Shown here: piece by piece, positions 27,341-37,594 of the stretch
How the letters are laid out: each line of letters opens with the position of its first letter
Position numbering within the stretch: position 1 is the stretch's first letter
Source of the DNA: a virus
Virus record (IMG/VR): IMGVR_UViG_3300032224_001591
Span: 32,001-96,000 of that record
Length of the DNA stretch: 64,000 bases
Direction: 5' to 3' (one strand)
Notes under the pieces: model-generated
What the model was told of the DNA's origin: nothing
Database searches by the model: none
What the model saw: the letters and a program-made list of their open reading frames with translations, nothing else
Translations under genes and position numbers: made by a program

Positions 27341-30300
27341 ATGGCATTTGATAAAAATATAAAATCGAGTAGATTACTCCAAAGTAAAAGATATACTGAA
27401 GCAACCTTTGACAGTCAGGAAGCTTATACATCGGTATTGGATATAAATGCTACGGAAATTTACACCCAACAAAATTTAATCCCATCATCAAGTATTCCAT
27501 ATTCAGGTTCTAGTCAAAATAATCTTTATATTACGATTTCGGGTTCAAATATTTTACAATACTTATACAGATTACCATTAACACCTGGTCCCGCTTCAGG
27601 AAGTGTGTACCCAGTTTGGTTTGCTATTAGTTCTTCTAATACAGCATCTGTATCTAATCAAGTAATACAAGCAAATCAATTAACAAGTTTCATATCTAAC
27701 AAATATGCTGTACCAACATTAGGTCCATATGATGCTGAATCCGCATCTCCTAATACAGCATATAACGTCGTTCTTACAACAGGTGCTACTTCAGGCTCAG
27801 CTACAGTAGTATCAGTTAATGACTATACTTTTGATTATAAGCAAGGTGTTTTAGAGTTTATACAAAATGAACCTTCAACATCTTCTAAATTATATCTTAC
27901 TGCTTATCGATATGTAGGACAAACTTTAGATCAATCCCTAACATCAGGCAGTGGTGGTAGTGGATTTCCTTTTACAGGTTCTGCACAAATTACAGGTTCA
28001 TTAGGTGTTACAGGTAGTGTAAATTTTAAAACATTACCGGCTCAAGATATAGTTACTATTGTAACATACAATACAGCATCCGGACAATTAGGATATGTAA
28101 ACGTTACCTCAGGTACAAGTGGATTTGCCGGTTCTTCAGGAACCGCAGGGATATCAGGTACAAGTGGAACTACAGGTTCTTCAGGTAGTTCAGGATCTAA
28201 CGGTGCAAGTGGATCAAGCGGCGTAGCAGGTACTTCAGGTACAACTGGTTCAAGTGGATCTTCAGGAGTAGCAGGACAAAGTGGATTATCGGCAACTAGT
28301 GGAACAGCAGGTTCTACTGGTTCTAATGGTTCAAGTGGTGCTGCTGGTTCAAGTGGTTTAAGTGCATTAAGTGGAACTTCAGGTTCAACAGGTTCAAATG
28401 GATCTTCAGGAGCAGCAGGACAAAGTGGCTTAAGCGCTACATCCGGTTCTTCTGGTTCTACGGGTTCTAACGGTTCTAGTGGAGTTGCAGGTTCAAGTGG
28501 TCTTTCGGCTTTAAGCGGAACTTCAGGTTCAACGGGTTCAAATGGTTCAAGCGGTGCTGCTGGAGCTTCAGGTTTAAGTGCAACTAGTGGAACTTCAGGT
28601 TCTACTGGTTCTACGGGTTCAAATGGTGCCGCGGGTCAAAGTGGCTTAAGCGCTACTTCAGGCTCATCAGGTTCGACAGGTTCAAATGGTTCTACTGGTG
28701 TCGCAGGCACTAGTGGAAATAGTAATACAGCTGGTACTTCGGGTTCAACCGGTTCAACCGGTTCTTCAGGAAATGCTGGTCAAAGTGGTTTAAGTGCAAC
28801 TTCAGGAACAAGTGGTTCTACAGGTTCTAATGGATCTGCAGGAGTTGCAGGATTAAGTTCAACTTCAGGCTCTTCAGGCTCTTCAGGATCATCAGGTTCT
28901 TCAGGTGTAGCAGGTCAAAGTGGCTTAAGCGCTACTTCAGGTTCATCAGGTTCTACAGGATCTAGTGGTTCTTCAGGTGCGGCAGGATCGAGTGGTTTAA
29001 GTGTACTTAGTGGAACTTCAGGATCTACAGGTTCAAATGGTTCAAGCGGTGCGGATGGACAAAGTGGTTTAAGCGCTACCTCAGGCACAGCTGGATCTTC
29101 AGGCTCAACTGGTTCAAATGGTGCAGCGGGTCAAAGTGGATTATCTGCTACTTCAGGTTCATCAGGTTCATCAGGTTCAAGTGGTAGTTCAGGTGTTGCT
29201 GGTTCAAGCGGAGCTTCTGCTTTATCAGGTACATCCGGTTCTACAGGATCTAATGGTTCTTCAGGAACTGATGGAGCTAGTGGTTTATCTGCAACTAGTG
29301 GAACTTCAGGTTCTACTGGTTCTAATGGTTCGGCTGGTGTAGCAGGCCAAAGTGCAACTTCAGGTTCATCGGGTTCATCAGGTTCATCAGGATCTTCAGG
29401 TGTAGCTGGTCAAAGTGGTTTATCTGCAACTTCAGGATCTTCCGGTTCAACAGGATCAAGTGGCTCTTCAGGTGTAGCAGGTTCAAGTGGTTTAAGTGCA
29501 ACTAGTGGAACAAGTGGTTCTACAGGTTCAAATGGTAGCTCAGGTTTAGCAGGAAATAGTGGTGCTAGTGCAACATCGGGAACTTCAGGATCTACAGGAT
29601 CTACTGGTTCTAATGGTGCCGCTGGTCAAAGCGGTTTATCAGCAACTTCAGGAACTTCAGGTTCATCCGGTTCAAATGGTTCAACAGGCGTTGCTGGAAC
29701 TTCAGGTAATAGCCAAACTTCAGGTTCATCCGGTTCTTCAGGATCAAATGGATCTTCAGGTAATGCTGGAGCTTCAGGTTTAAGTAATACATCTGGATCT
29801 TCAGGTTCTTCAGGTTCAAATGGATCTTCAGGTGTAGCGGGTTCAAGCGGTTTATCTGCTTTAAGTGGAACAAGTGGTTCTACAGGTACGAACGGATCTA
29901 GCGGAGATGCAGGTTCAAATGGTTTATCTGCTTTATCAGGAACTTCAGGTTCAACTGGTTCCAATGGATCTAGTGGAGCAGCAGGTTCAAATGGCTTATC
30001 TACTTTAAGTGGAACTTCAGGTTCAACAGGATCTAATGGTTCTTCAGGAGCTGCAGGTCAAAGTGGTTTAAGCGCAACTAGCGGAACAGCAGGTTCTGCT
30101 GGTTCTACAGGTTCAAATGGTGCCGCCGGTCAAAGCGGTTTAAGTTCAACATCAGGTTCTTCAGGTACTTCAGGTTCAAACGGATCTACAGGTAATGCTG
30201 GAACTTCAGGAAATAGTAATACAGCCGGAACATCCGGTTCAACAGGTTCTACAGGTTCATCAGGTATTGCTGGACAAAGCGGTTTATCAGCAACTAGTGG

Positions 30301-33300
30301 AACTTCAGGTTCTGCTGGTACAACAGGTTCTTCGGGTGATGCTGGAAATAGTGGAATTAGCGGCACAAATGGTACATCAGGTTCATCAGGAACTTCAGGT
30401 TCAACTGGAGCTAGTGGTAATGCGGGTGCTTCAGGAGCTAGTGCATCTTCAGGATCAACCGGTTCAAATGGTAGCTCAGGAGCTGCTGGTTCAAGTGGTT
30501 TATCCTCTTTATCCGGTACTTCAGGTTCAACTGGTACTAATGGTTCTTCAGGTATTGCTGGTTTAAGTGGTGCAAGTGAAACTAGTGGTACTGCTGGTAC
30601 TTCAGGTTCAACGGGTTCAAATGGTATAGCTGGACAAAGTGGTTTAAGCGCTACTTCAGGAACATCCGGTTCAACAGGTACAAATGGTTCTACAGGTAAT
30701 GCTGGAACTTCAGGAAATAGCAATACAGCAGGTAGTTCAGGAACTTCAGGTTCTTCAGGTTCTACAGGTTCAGCAGGTGTTGCTGGACAAAGCGGTTTAA
30801 GTGCAACTTCAGGATCTTCAGGTTCAACAGGTACAAGTGGTTCTACAGGTAATGCTGGTAGTGGTGGATTTAGCAATACATCAGGTTCATCAGGTTCATC
30901 AGGTACAAGTGGTGAAACCGGTACAAGTGGTACTTCAACATATGCAGCTTCTGGAACTTCAGGTTCTGGAGGTTCATCAGGTACAAGTGGTGAATTAGGT
31001 TCAAATGGAACTTCAAATATATCAAGTACTTCAGGATCTTCAGGATCAAGCGGTACAACAGGTTCAGCAGGTGCAAATGGTCAAAGTGGTGCGAGTGCAT
31101 CTTCAGGCTCTTCAGGTTCAACTGGTTCAAATGGTAGTTCAGGAAACGCAGGTACATCAGGAAATAGCTTTACAAGTGGAACTTCAGGTTCTACAGGATC
31201 TAATGGTTCGGCAGGTATAGCAGGTTTAAGTGCTAATTCTTCAACAAGTGGAACTTCAGGTTCTAGTGGTACAAGCGGTTCAGCCGGAAATGCGGGTCAA
31301 AGTAATTCATCTTCAACTTCAGGTTCTTCTGGTTCTTCTGGTTCTTCAGGATCTGCAGGTTTAGCAGGTGCAAGTGCTGCTTCCGCAACTAGCGGAACTT
31401 CAGGTTCTAGTGGTTCTACAGGTTCAAATGGAGCTAGTGGTCAAAGTGGTTTATCAGGTACTTCAGGTTCATCAGGTTCAACTGGATCAAATGGTTCAAC
31501 TGGTGTGGCTGGTACTAGTGGTAATAGTGAAACTTCAGGAACTTCAGGTTCATCAGGTTCTACCGGTTCAGCAGGTGCGGCAGGTATAAGTGGTTTAAGC
31601 TCAACAGCCGGAACATCAGGTTCATCAGGTTCAAATGGTTCTACTGGTGTCTCAGGCACTAGTGGAAATAGTAATACAGCAGGTACTTCTGGCTCTGCTG
31701 GTACAAATGGTTCTACAGGAGATGCAGGATTAAGTGGCGCTTCCGCTACTAGTGGTACATCAGGTACAACGGGGTCTACTGGTTCAAACGGAGTAGCAGG
31801 TCAAAGTGGTTTATCATTTACTGCAGGTTCATCAGGCTCAGGAGGTTCAAACGGATCTTCAGGTGTTGCTGGTACCTCAGGTACATCTTCAGCAACTAAT
31901 TCAGGAACTTCAGGTTCAAGTGGTTCAAATGGCTCTTCAGGAAACACAGGTTCAAATGGTTTAAGTGCATTAAGCGGAACTTCAGGATCAACAGGTTCAA
32001 ATGGCTCTTCAGGTTTATCAGGTAATAGTGGGTTAAGTGGAACTTCAGGTTCAACGGGTTCATCAGGTTCAAATGGTAACGATGGAGCTAATGGTTTATC
32101 AGCATTAAGTGGTACTTCAGGTACTTCAGGATCAAATGGTTCAAGTGGTAATGCTGGTTCATCAGGTTTAAGTGCATCATCAGGTTCATCAGGTTCAAAT
32201 GGTTCTTCAGGAAATACAGGTTCAAATGGTTTAAGTGCATTAAGTGGTACTTCCGGATCTACTGGTACTAATGGTTCTAGCGGAAATGCAGGTTCAAACG
32301 GTCTATCTGCTTTATCAGGTACTTCAGGTTCAACTGGTTCAAATGGTTCTTCAGGAGCAGCAGGTCAAAGTGGTTTAAGCGCAACTTCAGGAACTTCAGG
32401 TTCTTCAGGTTCAACAGGAGTAGCAGGATCAAGTGGTTTAAGTGCAACCTCAGGTACAACTGGATCAAATGGTTCAAGTGGTGTAGCTGGTTCAAATGGT
32501 TTATCTGCTTTATCAGGTACAGCAGGTTCATCAGGTACAACCGGATCAAGCGGTGTTGCTGGTGCATCAGGGACTAGTTCAACGTCGGGAACTTCAGGTT
32601 CGACTGGTACCACAGGTTCAAATGGAAACGCAGGAGCTAGTGGTTTAAGCGCAACTTCAGGTTCATCAGGTTCAACAGGTTCAAATGGTACAAGCGGTAA
32701 TGCTGGTTCAGCAGGTGCAAGTGCTTTATCTAATACAAGTGGTAGTTCAGGTTCTTCAGGAACATCAGGTTCTACAGGTGCCGCCGGTGCTAGTGGAGCA
32801 AGTGCAACTTCAGGAACATCAGGATCTACAGGATCTAATGGTTCAAATGGAGTAGCAGCTTTAAGTGGTACAGCAGGATCTTCGGGTTCTAATGGTAGTT
32901 CAGGAGAAGCAGGTACATCAGGTACATCTTCAGGCTCTGTTTCAGGTACTTCAGGTTCAGGTGGTTCAAGTGGTACTTCAGGTAATGCTGGTTCTACAGG
33001 TGCTTCTGCTTTATCAGCAACTTCAGGTTCATCTGGCTCTAGTGGTACAACTGGTTCTTCAGGTATAGCTGGAGGTAGCGGAGCAAGCGCAACTTCAGGT
33101 ACATCAGGAACTACAGGTTCAAATGGTACCTCAGGAAATGCAGGTTCTTCAGGATTATCTGCTTTATCAGGTACATCCGGTTCAACAGGATCAAATGGTT
33201 CAAGTGGTGCAGCAGGCGCAAACGGATCTTCAAATATAAGTGGAACTTCAGGATCTTCAGGTTCTGCCGGTTCAAATGGTAATGCAGGTAATAATGGAGC

Positions 33301-36300
33301 TAGTGCAGTAAGCGGAACTTCAGGTTCAACTGGATCTAATGGTTCTAGTGGTATAGCAGGTTCAAATGGTTTATCAGCATTTGCTGGAACTTCAGGTTCA
33401 ACAGGTTCAAACGGATCTACAGGTGTAGCTGGAACTTCAGGAAATAGTAATACAGCCGGAACTTCAGGTTCATCAGGTTCAAATGGTACAAGCGGTAATG
33501 CTGGTTCAGCAGGTGCAAGTGCTTTATCTAATACAAGTGGTAGTTCAGGTTCTTCAGGAACATCAGGTTCTACAGGGGCTGCTGGAGCAAGTGCTGCTTC
33601 TGCTTCTTCAGGAACTTCAGGTTCAAGTGGAACAAGTGGAAATGTAGGTTCAAATGGTTTATCAGCTTTAAGTGGAACTTCAGGCTCAACTGGATCTAAT
33701 GGTTCTAGTGGTGCTGCTGGAGCTTCAGGTTTAAGTGCAACTTCAGGAAGCTCAGGAACTTCAGGTTCAAGTGGTACCACAGGTTCTACCGGAGCTTCAG
33801 GTTCAGGAGCAGCTAGTGGTACATCAGGTACTTCTGGTTCTACTGGTTCTAGTGGTACAGGAGCAAGTGGTACTTCAGGATTAGCAGGTACTTCAGGTAC
33901 ATCAGGCTCAACTGGTTCTTCAGGTGTAGCAGGAGCAAGTGGTTTAAGTCGTTCATCAGGTACTTCAGGATCAACAGGTTCTGCAGGTTCAAATGGTGTT
34001 GATGGAGCTATAGGTTTAAGTGGATTAAGCGGTTCAGCAGGTTCATCAGGTTCTAGTGGTACAACAGGTAACGCTGGTTCTGTAGGAGCAAGTGCAGCAA
34101 GTGCAACTTCAGGTTCTTCAGGTTCTTCAGGATCAACTGGTACTTCAGGTTCAAATGGTAATGCTGGAGCTAGTGGAAATAGTAATACATCAGGAACTTC
34201 AGGTTCTACAGGTACTGTAGGTTCTTCAGGTGCTGCTGGTACTTCAGGCAACGCAGGTTCTTCAGGAGCAAGCTCAACTTCAGGTTCAACTGGTACTTCA
34301 GGTTCTAATGGTGCAAGCGGTAATGCTGCTACAAGTGGTTTAAGTTCAACTTCAGGAAGCTCAGGTACTTCAGGTTCAACTGGTACAACGGGTTCTGCGG
34401 GTGCAGCAGGCGCTTCAGGTGCTAGTGCACTTTCAGGAACTTCAGGTTCATCAGGTTCAAATGGTACAAGTGGTAATGGTGGTTCAAATGGTAATGCTGG
34501 TACTTCAGGTATTTCAAATACTTCAGGATCTTCAGGAACTTCAGGTTCTAGTGGTCTTAATGGTGGAGCAGGAGCTTCAGGTTTAAGTGCAACTTCAGGG
34601 ACATCCGGTTCTTCAGGTTCATCAGGTTCGAATGGTAATGCAGGTGCAAGCGGAACTTCAAATATAAGTGGTACTTCAGGTTCTACAGGTTCAAATGGTA
34701 CATCAGGTAATGCCGGTGCAAATGGAGCTTCTGCAGTTAGTGGAACTTCAGGATCTACAGGTTCTACAGGTTCAAATGGTGCAGCAGGTGGAAATGGAGC
34801 TTCTGCAGTAAGCGGAACTTCAGGTTCAAGTGGTACAACAGGTTCTTCAGGAGCTAATGGCGGTGCTGGTACAAGTGGAATAAGTAATACTGCTGGTACT
34901 TCAGGATCAACTGGTACAAACGGCTCTTCAGGAGCAGCAGGTGCTAGTGGTGTAAGTGGTTTAAGCGGTACTTCAGGTACAACTGGTACTACAGGTTCAA
35001 ATGGTGCGGCTGGTGGAAATGGTATTTCAAATGTAAGCGGAACTTCTGGTTCTTCAGGTTCTACAGGTTCATCAGGTAATGCTGGGGGAAATGGAGCTTC
35101 AGCAGTAAGCGGAACTTCAGGTACATCCGGTTCTAACGGTACCTCAGGTAACGCTGGAGCTAATGGTGTTTCAAACGTATCCGGTACTTCAGGATCTTCA
35201 GGTTCAGCAGGTTCAAATGGCGCTGCTGGTGGAAACGGAGTTTCAAATGTAAGTGGTACTTCAGGTACAACAGGTTCAAACGGTACAAATGGTAATGCAG
35301 GTGCAAATGGAACTTCAAACATATCTGGAACTTCAGGTTCATCAGGTTCTACAGGTTCATCAGGAGCAGCAGGAGGTAATGGAGCTTCAAATATAAGTGG
35401 TACTTCAGGTACAACAGGTTCAACAGGTTCATCTGGTAATGCTGGAGGAAGCGGTACTTCAAATGTATCAGGAACTTCTGGTTCTACGGGTTCAACAGGT
35501 TCCTCAGGTAATGCTGGTGGAAATGGAGCTTCAGCCGTGAGCGGAACTTCAGGTACAACAGGATCTTCAGGATCTTCAGGTGTAAGTGGTGCTAATGGGG
35601 GAAGCGGAACTTCAGGTGTAAGCGGAACTAATGGTTCTAGCGGATCAGCAGGTATAAGCGGTGCAAATGGAGGAAATGGAACTTCAGGTGTAAGTGGTAC
35701 AAACGGAACAAATGGTTCTAATGGTACAAGCGGTGTAAACGGAGTTTCAGGCGCTAGTGGTTCTTCAGGAACTTCAGGTGGAAGTGGTACTTCAGGTACA
35801 ACTGGTTCAAACGGATCTTCAGGTGGAAATGGTGTAGCCGGAGCAAGTGGTGCCAGCGCAACTTCAGGTTCAACTGGTACAAACGGTTCATCAGGTGGAA
35901 ATGGTGTTGCTGGAGGAAGTGGTGTAAGTGCAACTTCAGGTACAACTGGTTCAAACGGATCTTCAGGAAATAATGGTGCTAATGGTGCTAGTGGAGTTTC
36001 AGGTGTAAGTGGAACTAACGGTACAACAGGTTCAAATGGAGCTAATGGTGGTAACGGCGTAAACGGAGCTTCAGGTACTTCAGGTGTAAATGGTACAACA
36101 GGTTCAAACGGAGCTGCAGGTGGTAACGGTGTAAATGGTGCCAATGGTACAAGTGGTGTTAATGGTACAACAGGTTCTAATGGTGCTGCAGGTGGAAATG
36201 GAGCTAATGGTGCTGGAGGTACTTCAGGTGTAAACGGATCTACAGGTTCTAATGGAGCGGCAGGTGCTAGTGGTGTTAATGGTGCTGGAGGTACTTCAGG

Positions 36301-36913
36301 TGTAAATGGTACAACAGGTTCAAGTGGTGCTGCTGGTGGTAATGGAGCTAATGGTGCTAATGGTACAAGTGGAGTTAATGGTACAAATGGTACTTCAGGT
36401 GCGGCTGGTACAAGTGGACAATCAATTAATGGTACTTCAGGTATTAGTGGTGGTTCATTTACAAATCAACCAGATTATTTAGTTAGAACAACAAGTGCAA
36501 CACAAGTACAAAGTGTAAGTTTCTTAAAAGCGGATACAACAAACACTAGATTAGGTATTAATAATGCTTCACCGTCATATACATTAGATGTTGGAGGTGA
36601 TATATATGCATCTAATAATGTTATAGCTTATTCTGATGAAAGAGTTAAAGAAAATATTGTAACAATTAGCAATGCTTTAGATAAAGTTAAAAATCTTAGA
36701 GGTGTTAATTATACAAGAAAAGATATTAAAGACAAATCATTACAAATGGGTGTTATTGCACAAGAAGTTCAAAAAGTAATCCCAGAAGTAATATCTGTTA
36801 GAGAATCGGATGGTCATTTAGCTGTAGCCTATGCAAATATAGTTGGTTTATTAATTGAAGCAATAAAAGAACAACAAAAACAAATTGACGAGTTAAAAGT
36901 AAAATTAAAATAA
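27341..36913 (+). CDS. Giant (3190 aa) Gly-X-Y fibre protein with C-terminal peptidase-S74 intramolecular chaperone
   Basis: About 2780 aa of G-(S/T/A/N) triplets. C-terminal YSDERVKENI...GVIAQEV...VAYANIVGLLIEAIKEQQKQI is the S74 chaperone of trimeric fibres. Confidence 0.85.
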   Translation: MAFDKNIKSSRLLQSKRYTEATFDSQEAYTSVLDINATEIYTQQNLIPSSSIPYSGSSQNNLYITISGSNILQYLYRLPLTPGPASGSVYPVWFAISSSNTASVSNQVIQANQLTSFISNKYAVPTLGPYDAESASPNTAYNVVLTTGATSGSATVVSVNDYTFDYKQGVLEFIQNEPSTSSKLYLTAYRYVGQTLDQSLTSGSGGSGFPFTGSAQITGSLGVTGSVNFKTLPAQDIVTIVTYNTASGQLGYVNVTSGTSGFAGSSGTAGISGTSGTTGSSGSSGSNGASGSSGVAGTSGTTGSSGSSGVAGQSGLSATSGTAGSTGSNGSSGAAGSSGLSALSGTSGSTGSNGSSGAAGQSGLSATSGSSGSTGSNGSSGVAGSSGLSALSGTSGSTGSNGSSGAAGASGLSATSGTSGSTGSTGSNGAAGQSGLSATSGSSGSTGSNGSTGVAGTSGNSNTAGTSGSTGSTGSSGNAGQSGLSATSGTSGSTGSNGSAGVAGLSSTSGSSGSSGSSGSSGVAGQSGLSATSGSSGSTGSSGSSGAAGSSGLSVLSGTSGSTGSNGSSGADGQSGLSATSGTAGSSGSTGSNGAAGQSGLSATSGSSGSSGSSGSSGVAGSSGASALSGTSGSTGSNGSSGTDGASGLSATSGTSGSTGSNGSAGVAGQSATSGSSGSSGSSGSSGVAGQSGLSATSGSSGSTGSSGSSGVAGSSGLSATSGTSGSTGSNGSSGLAGNSGASATSGTSGSTGSTGSNGAAGQSGLSATSGTSGSSGSNGSTGVAGTSGNSQTSGSSGSSGSNGSSGNAGASGLSNTSGSSGSSGSNGSSGVAGSSGLSALSGTSGSTGTNGSSGDAGSNGLSALSGTSGSTGSNGSSGAAGSNGLSTLSGTSGSTGSNGSSGAAGQSGLSATSGTAGSAGSTGSNGAAGQSGLSSTSGSSGTSGSNGSTGNAGTSGNSNTAGTSGSTGSTGSSGIAGQSGLSATSGTSGSAGTTGSSGDAGNSGISGTNGTSGSSGTSGSTGASGNAGASGASASSGSTGSNGSSGAAGSSGLSSLSGTSGSTGTNGSSGIAGLSGASETSGTAGTSGSTGSNGIAGQSGLSATSGTSGSTGTNGSTGNAGTSGNSNTAGSSGTSGSSGSTGSAGVAGQSGLSATSGSSGSTGTSGSTGNAGSGGFSNTSGSSGSSGTSGETGTSGTSTYAASGTSGSGGSSGTSGELGSNGTSNISSTSGSSGSSGTTGSAGANGQSGASASSGSSGSTGSNGSSGNAGTSGNSFTSGTSGSTGSNGSAGIAGLSANSSTSGTSGSSGTSGSAGNAGQSNSSSTSGSSGSSGSSGSAGLAGASAASATSGTSGSSGSTGSNGASGQSGLSGTSGSSGSTGSNGSTGVAGTSGNSETSGTSGSSGSTGSAGAAGISGLSSTAGTSGSSGSNGSTGVSGTSGNSNTAGTSGSAGTNGSTGDAGLSGASATSGTSGTTGSTGSNGVAGQSGLSFTAGSSGSGGSNGSSGVAGTSGTSSATNSGTSGSSGSNGSSGNTGSNGLSALSGTSGSTGSNGSSGLSGNSGLSGTSGSTGSSGSNGNDGANGLSALSGTSGTSGSNGSSGNAGSSGLSASSGSSGSNGSSGNTGSNGLSALSGTSGSTGTNGSSGNAGSNGLSALSGTSGSTGSNGSSGAAGQSGLSATSGTSGSSGSTGVAGSSGLSATSGTTGSNGSSGVAGSNGLSALSGTAGSSGTTGSSGVAGASGTSSTSGTSGSTGTTGSNGNAGASGLSATSGSSGSTGSNGTSGNAGSAGASALSNTSGSSGSSGTSGSTGAAGASGASATSGTSGSTGSNGSNGVAALSGTAGSSGSNGSSGEAGTSGTSSGSVSGTSGSGGSSGTSGNAGSTGASALSATSGSSGSSGTTGSSGIAGGSGASATSGTSGTTGSNGTSGNAGSSGLSALSGTSGSTGSNGSSGAAGANGSSNISGTSGSSGSAGSNGNAGNNGASAVSGTSGSTGSNGSSGIAGSNGLSAFAGTSGSTGSNGSTGVAGTSGNSNTAGTSGSSGSNGTSGNAGSAGASALSNTSGSSGSSGTSGSTGAAGASAASASSGTSGSSGTSGNVGSNGLSALSGTSGSTGSNGSSGAAGASGLSATSGSSGTSGSSGTTGSTGASGSGAASGTSGTSGSTGSSGTGASGTSGLAGTSGTSGSTGSSGVAGASGLSRSSGTSGSTGSAGSNGVDGAIGLSGLSGSAGSSGSSGTTGNAGSVGASAASATSGSSGSSGSTGTSGSNGNAGASGNSNTSGTSGSTGTVGSSGAAGTSGNAGSSGASSTSGSTGTSGSNGASGNAATSGLSSTSGSSGTSGSTGTTGSAGAAGASGASALSGTSGSSGSNGTSGNGGSNGNAGTSGISNTSGSSGTSGSSGLNGGAGASGLSATSGTSGSSGSSGSNGNAGASGTSNISGTSGSTGSNGTSGNAGANGASAVSGTSGSTGSTGSNGAAGGNGASAVSGTSGSSGTTGSSGANGGAGTSGISNTAGTSGSTGTNGSSGAAGASGVSGLSGTSGTTGTTGSNGAAGGNGISNVSGTSGSSGSTGSSGNAGGNGASAVSGTSGTSGSNGTSGNAGANGVSNVSGTSGSSGSAGSNGAAGGNGVSNVSGTSGTTGSNGTNGNAGANGTSNISGTSGSSGSTGSSGAAGGNGASNISGTSGTTGSTGSSGNAGGSGTSNVSGTSGSTGSTGSSGNAGGNGASAVSGTSGTTGSSGSSGVSGANGGSGTSGVSGTNGSSGSAGISGANGGNGTSGVSGTNGTNGSNGTSGVNGVSGASGSSGTSGGSGTSGTTGSNGSSGGNGVAGASGASATSGSTGTNGSSGGNGVAGGSGVSATSGTTGSNGSSGNNGANGASGVSGVSGTNGTTGSNGANGGNGVNGASGTSGVNGTTGSNGAAGGNGVNGANGTSGVNGTTGSNGAAGGNGANGAGGTSGVNGSTGSNGAAGASGVNGAGGTSGVNGTTGSSGAAGGNGANGANGTSGVNGTNGTSGAAGTSGQSINGTSGISGGSFTNQPDYLVRTTSATQVQSVSFLKADTTNTRLGINNASPSYTLDVGGDIYASNNVIAYSDERVKENIVTISNALDKVKNLRGVNYTRKDIKDKSLQMGVIAQEVQKVIPEVISVRESDGHLAVAYANIVGLLIEAIKEQQKQIDELKVKLK
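28109..36453 (+). repeat. About 8.3-kb Gly-X-Y coding repeat with 24-aa (72-bp) super-period
   Basis: For example GLSATS-GTA-GST-GSN-GSS-GAA-GSS-GLSALS. Confidence 0.9.
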
Positions 36914-37542
36914 TGGCTGGTTTTAGTATATTAAATACAGGAAGAATAGCAGCATATACTGGTAGTGTATCTCACTCTATTAGTAATGCTTTCTTTCAAG
37001 ATACTAATGTACGTACTCAAAGTTTAGCTATATATAATGCTTATTATGGAAATTGGATATACAATAATGCAACTAATTTTTATATAAATAGAAATGATCC
37101 TAGTGGAAGAAATATGTATACTAATAATGTTATGACACAATATGGAGGATTTAGAACATATTCATATCAACATTGGGCGGATACAGTATACTATGAATTA
37201 AATATAAGTAATAATACTCCTGACGATATACAATTTACATGTAATGTAAAAGATGATCTTACTTCATATACAAATGTTTTTGATTATACACAATATGGAC
37301 CCGGTAATTACAATAGTGGATTAACATATAATGGTTTTACACCCGGAGCAGCTAATACAAAATTTACTTATCAACTTTTTGTAAGTAATTTAACTAATCC
37401 TAATACGTTTAATGTTGTATCAAACGTTTATGATTATGATTTTAATACTAACTATTATAATAATAATGATCCTTTAGATTTTAATGTTCAAATTTTAGCA
37501 GATTATTATGTTCCTCTTAGCTGGAATTTTGATATAAGTTAA
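36913..37542 (+). CDS. Asn/Tyr-rich fibre-associated protein
   Basis: 209-aa ORF coupled to the fibre gene by a TAATG overlap. Confidence 0.55.
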   Translation: MAGFSILNTGRIAAYTGSVSHSISNAFFQDTNVRTQSLAIYNAYYGNWIYNNATNFYINRNDPSGRNMYTNNVMTQYGGFRTYSYQHWADTVYYELNISNNTPDDIQFTCNVKDDLTSYTNVFDYTQYGPGNYNSGLTYNGFTPGAANTKFTYQLFVSNLTNPNTFNVVSNVYDYDFNTNYYNNNDPLDFNVQILADYYVPLSWNFDIS

Positions 37543-37543
37543 A

Positions 37544-37575
37544 TTTGGATTTTCAAAATAAATTTCATATATTTA
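37544..37575 (+). promoter_or_regulatory. Bacteroidota sigma-type promoter for the glycosyltransferase operon
   Basis: TTTG at 37544, 20-nt spacer, TATATTTA at 37568. Confidence 0.55.
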
Positions 37576-37594
37576 TTGGAAATACAATATTGTT

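Noticed and set aside
29626-36144. Long minus-strand Pro/Glu/Val ORFs (up to 1259 aa) and alternate-frame Val/Gln/Leu ORFs
   Set aside because: Shadows of the Gly-Ser-Thr repeat: GGN/TCA codons give few antisense stops. No independent domain or promoter is visible.
28109-36453. Possible CRISPR array or ice-nucleation protein
   Set aside because: The repeats are degenerate in-frame codon triplets with no repeat-spacer structure, and they lack the AGYGSTxT octapeptide of InaZ.
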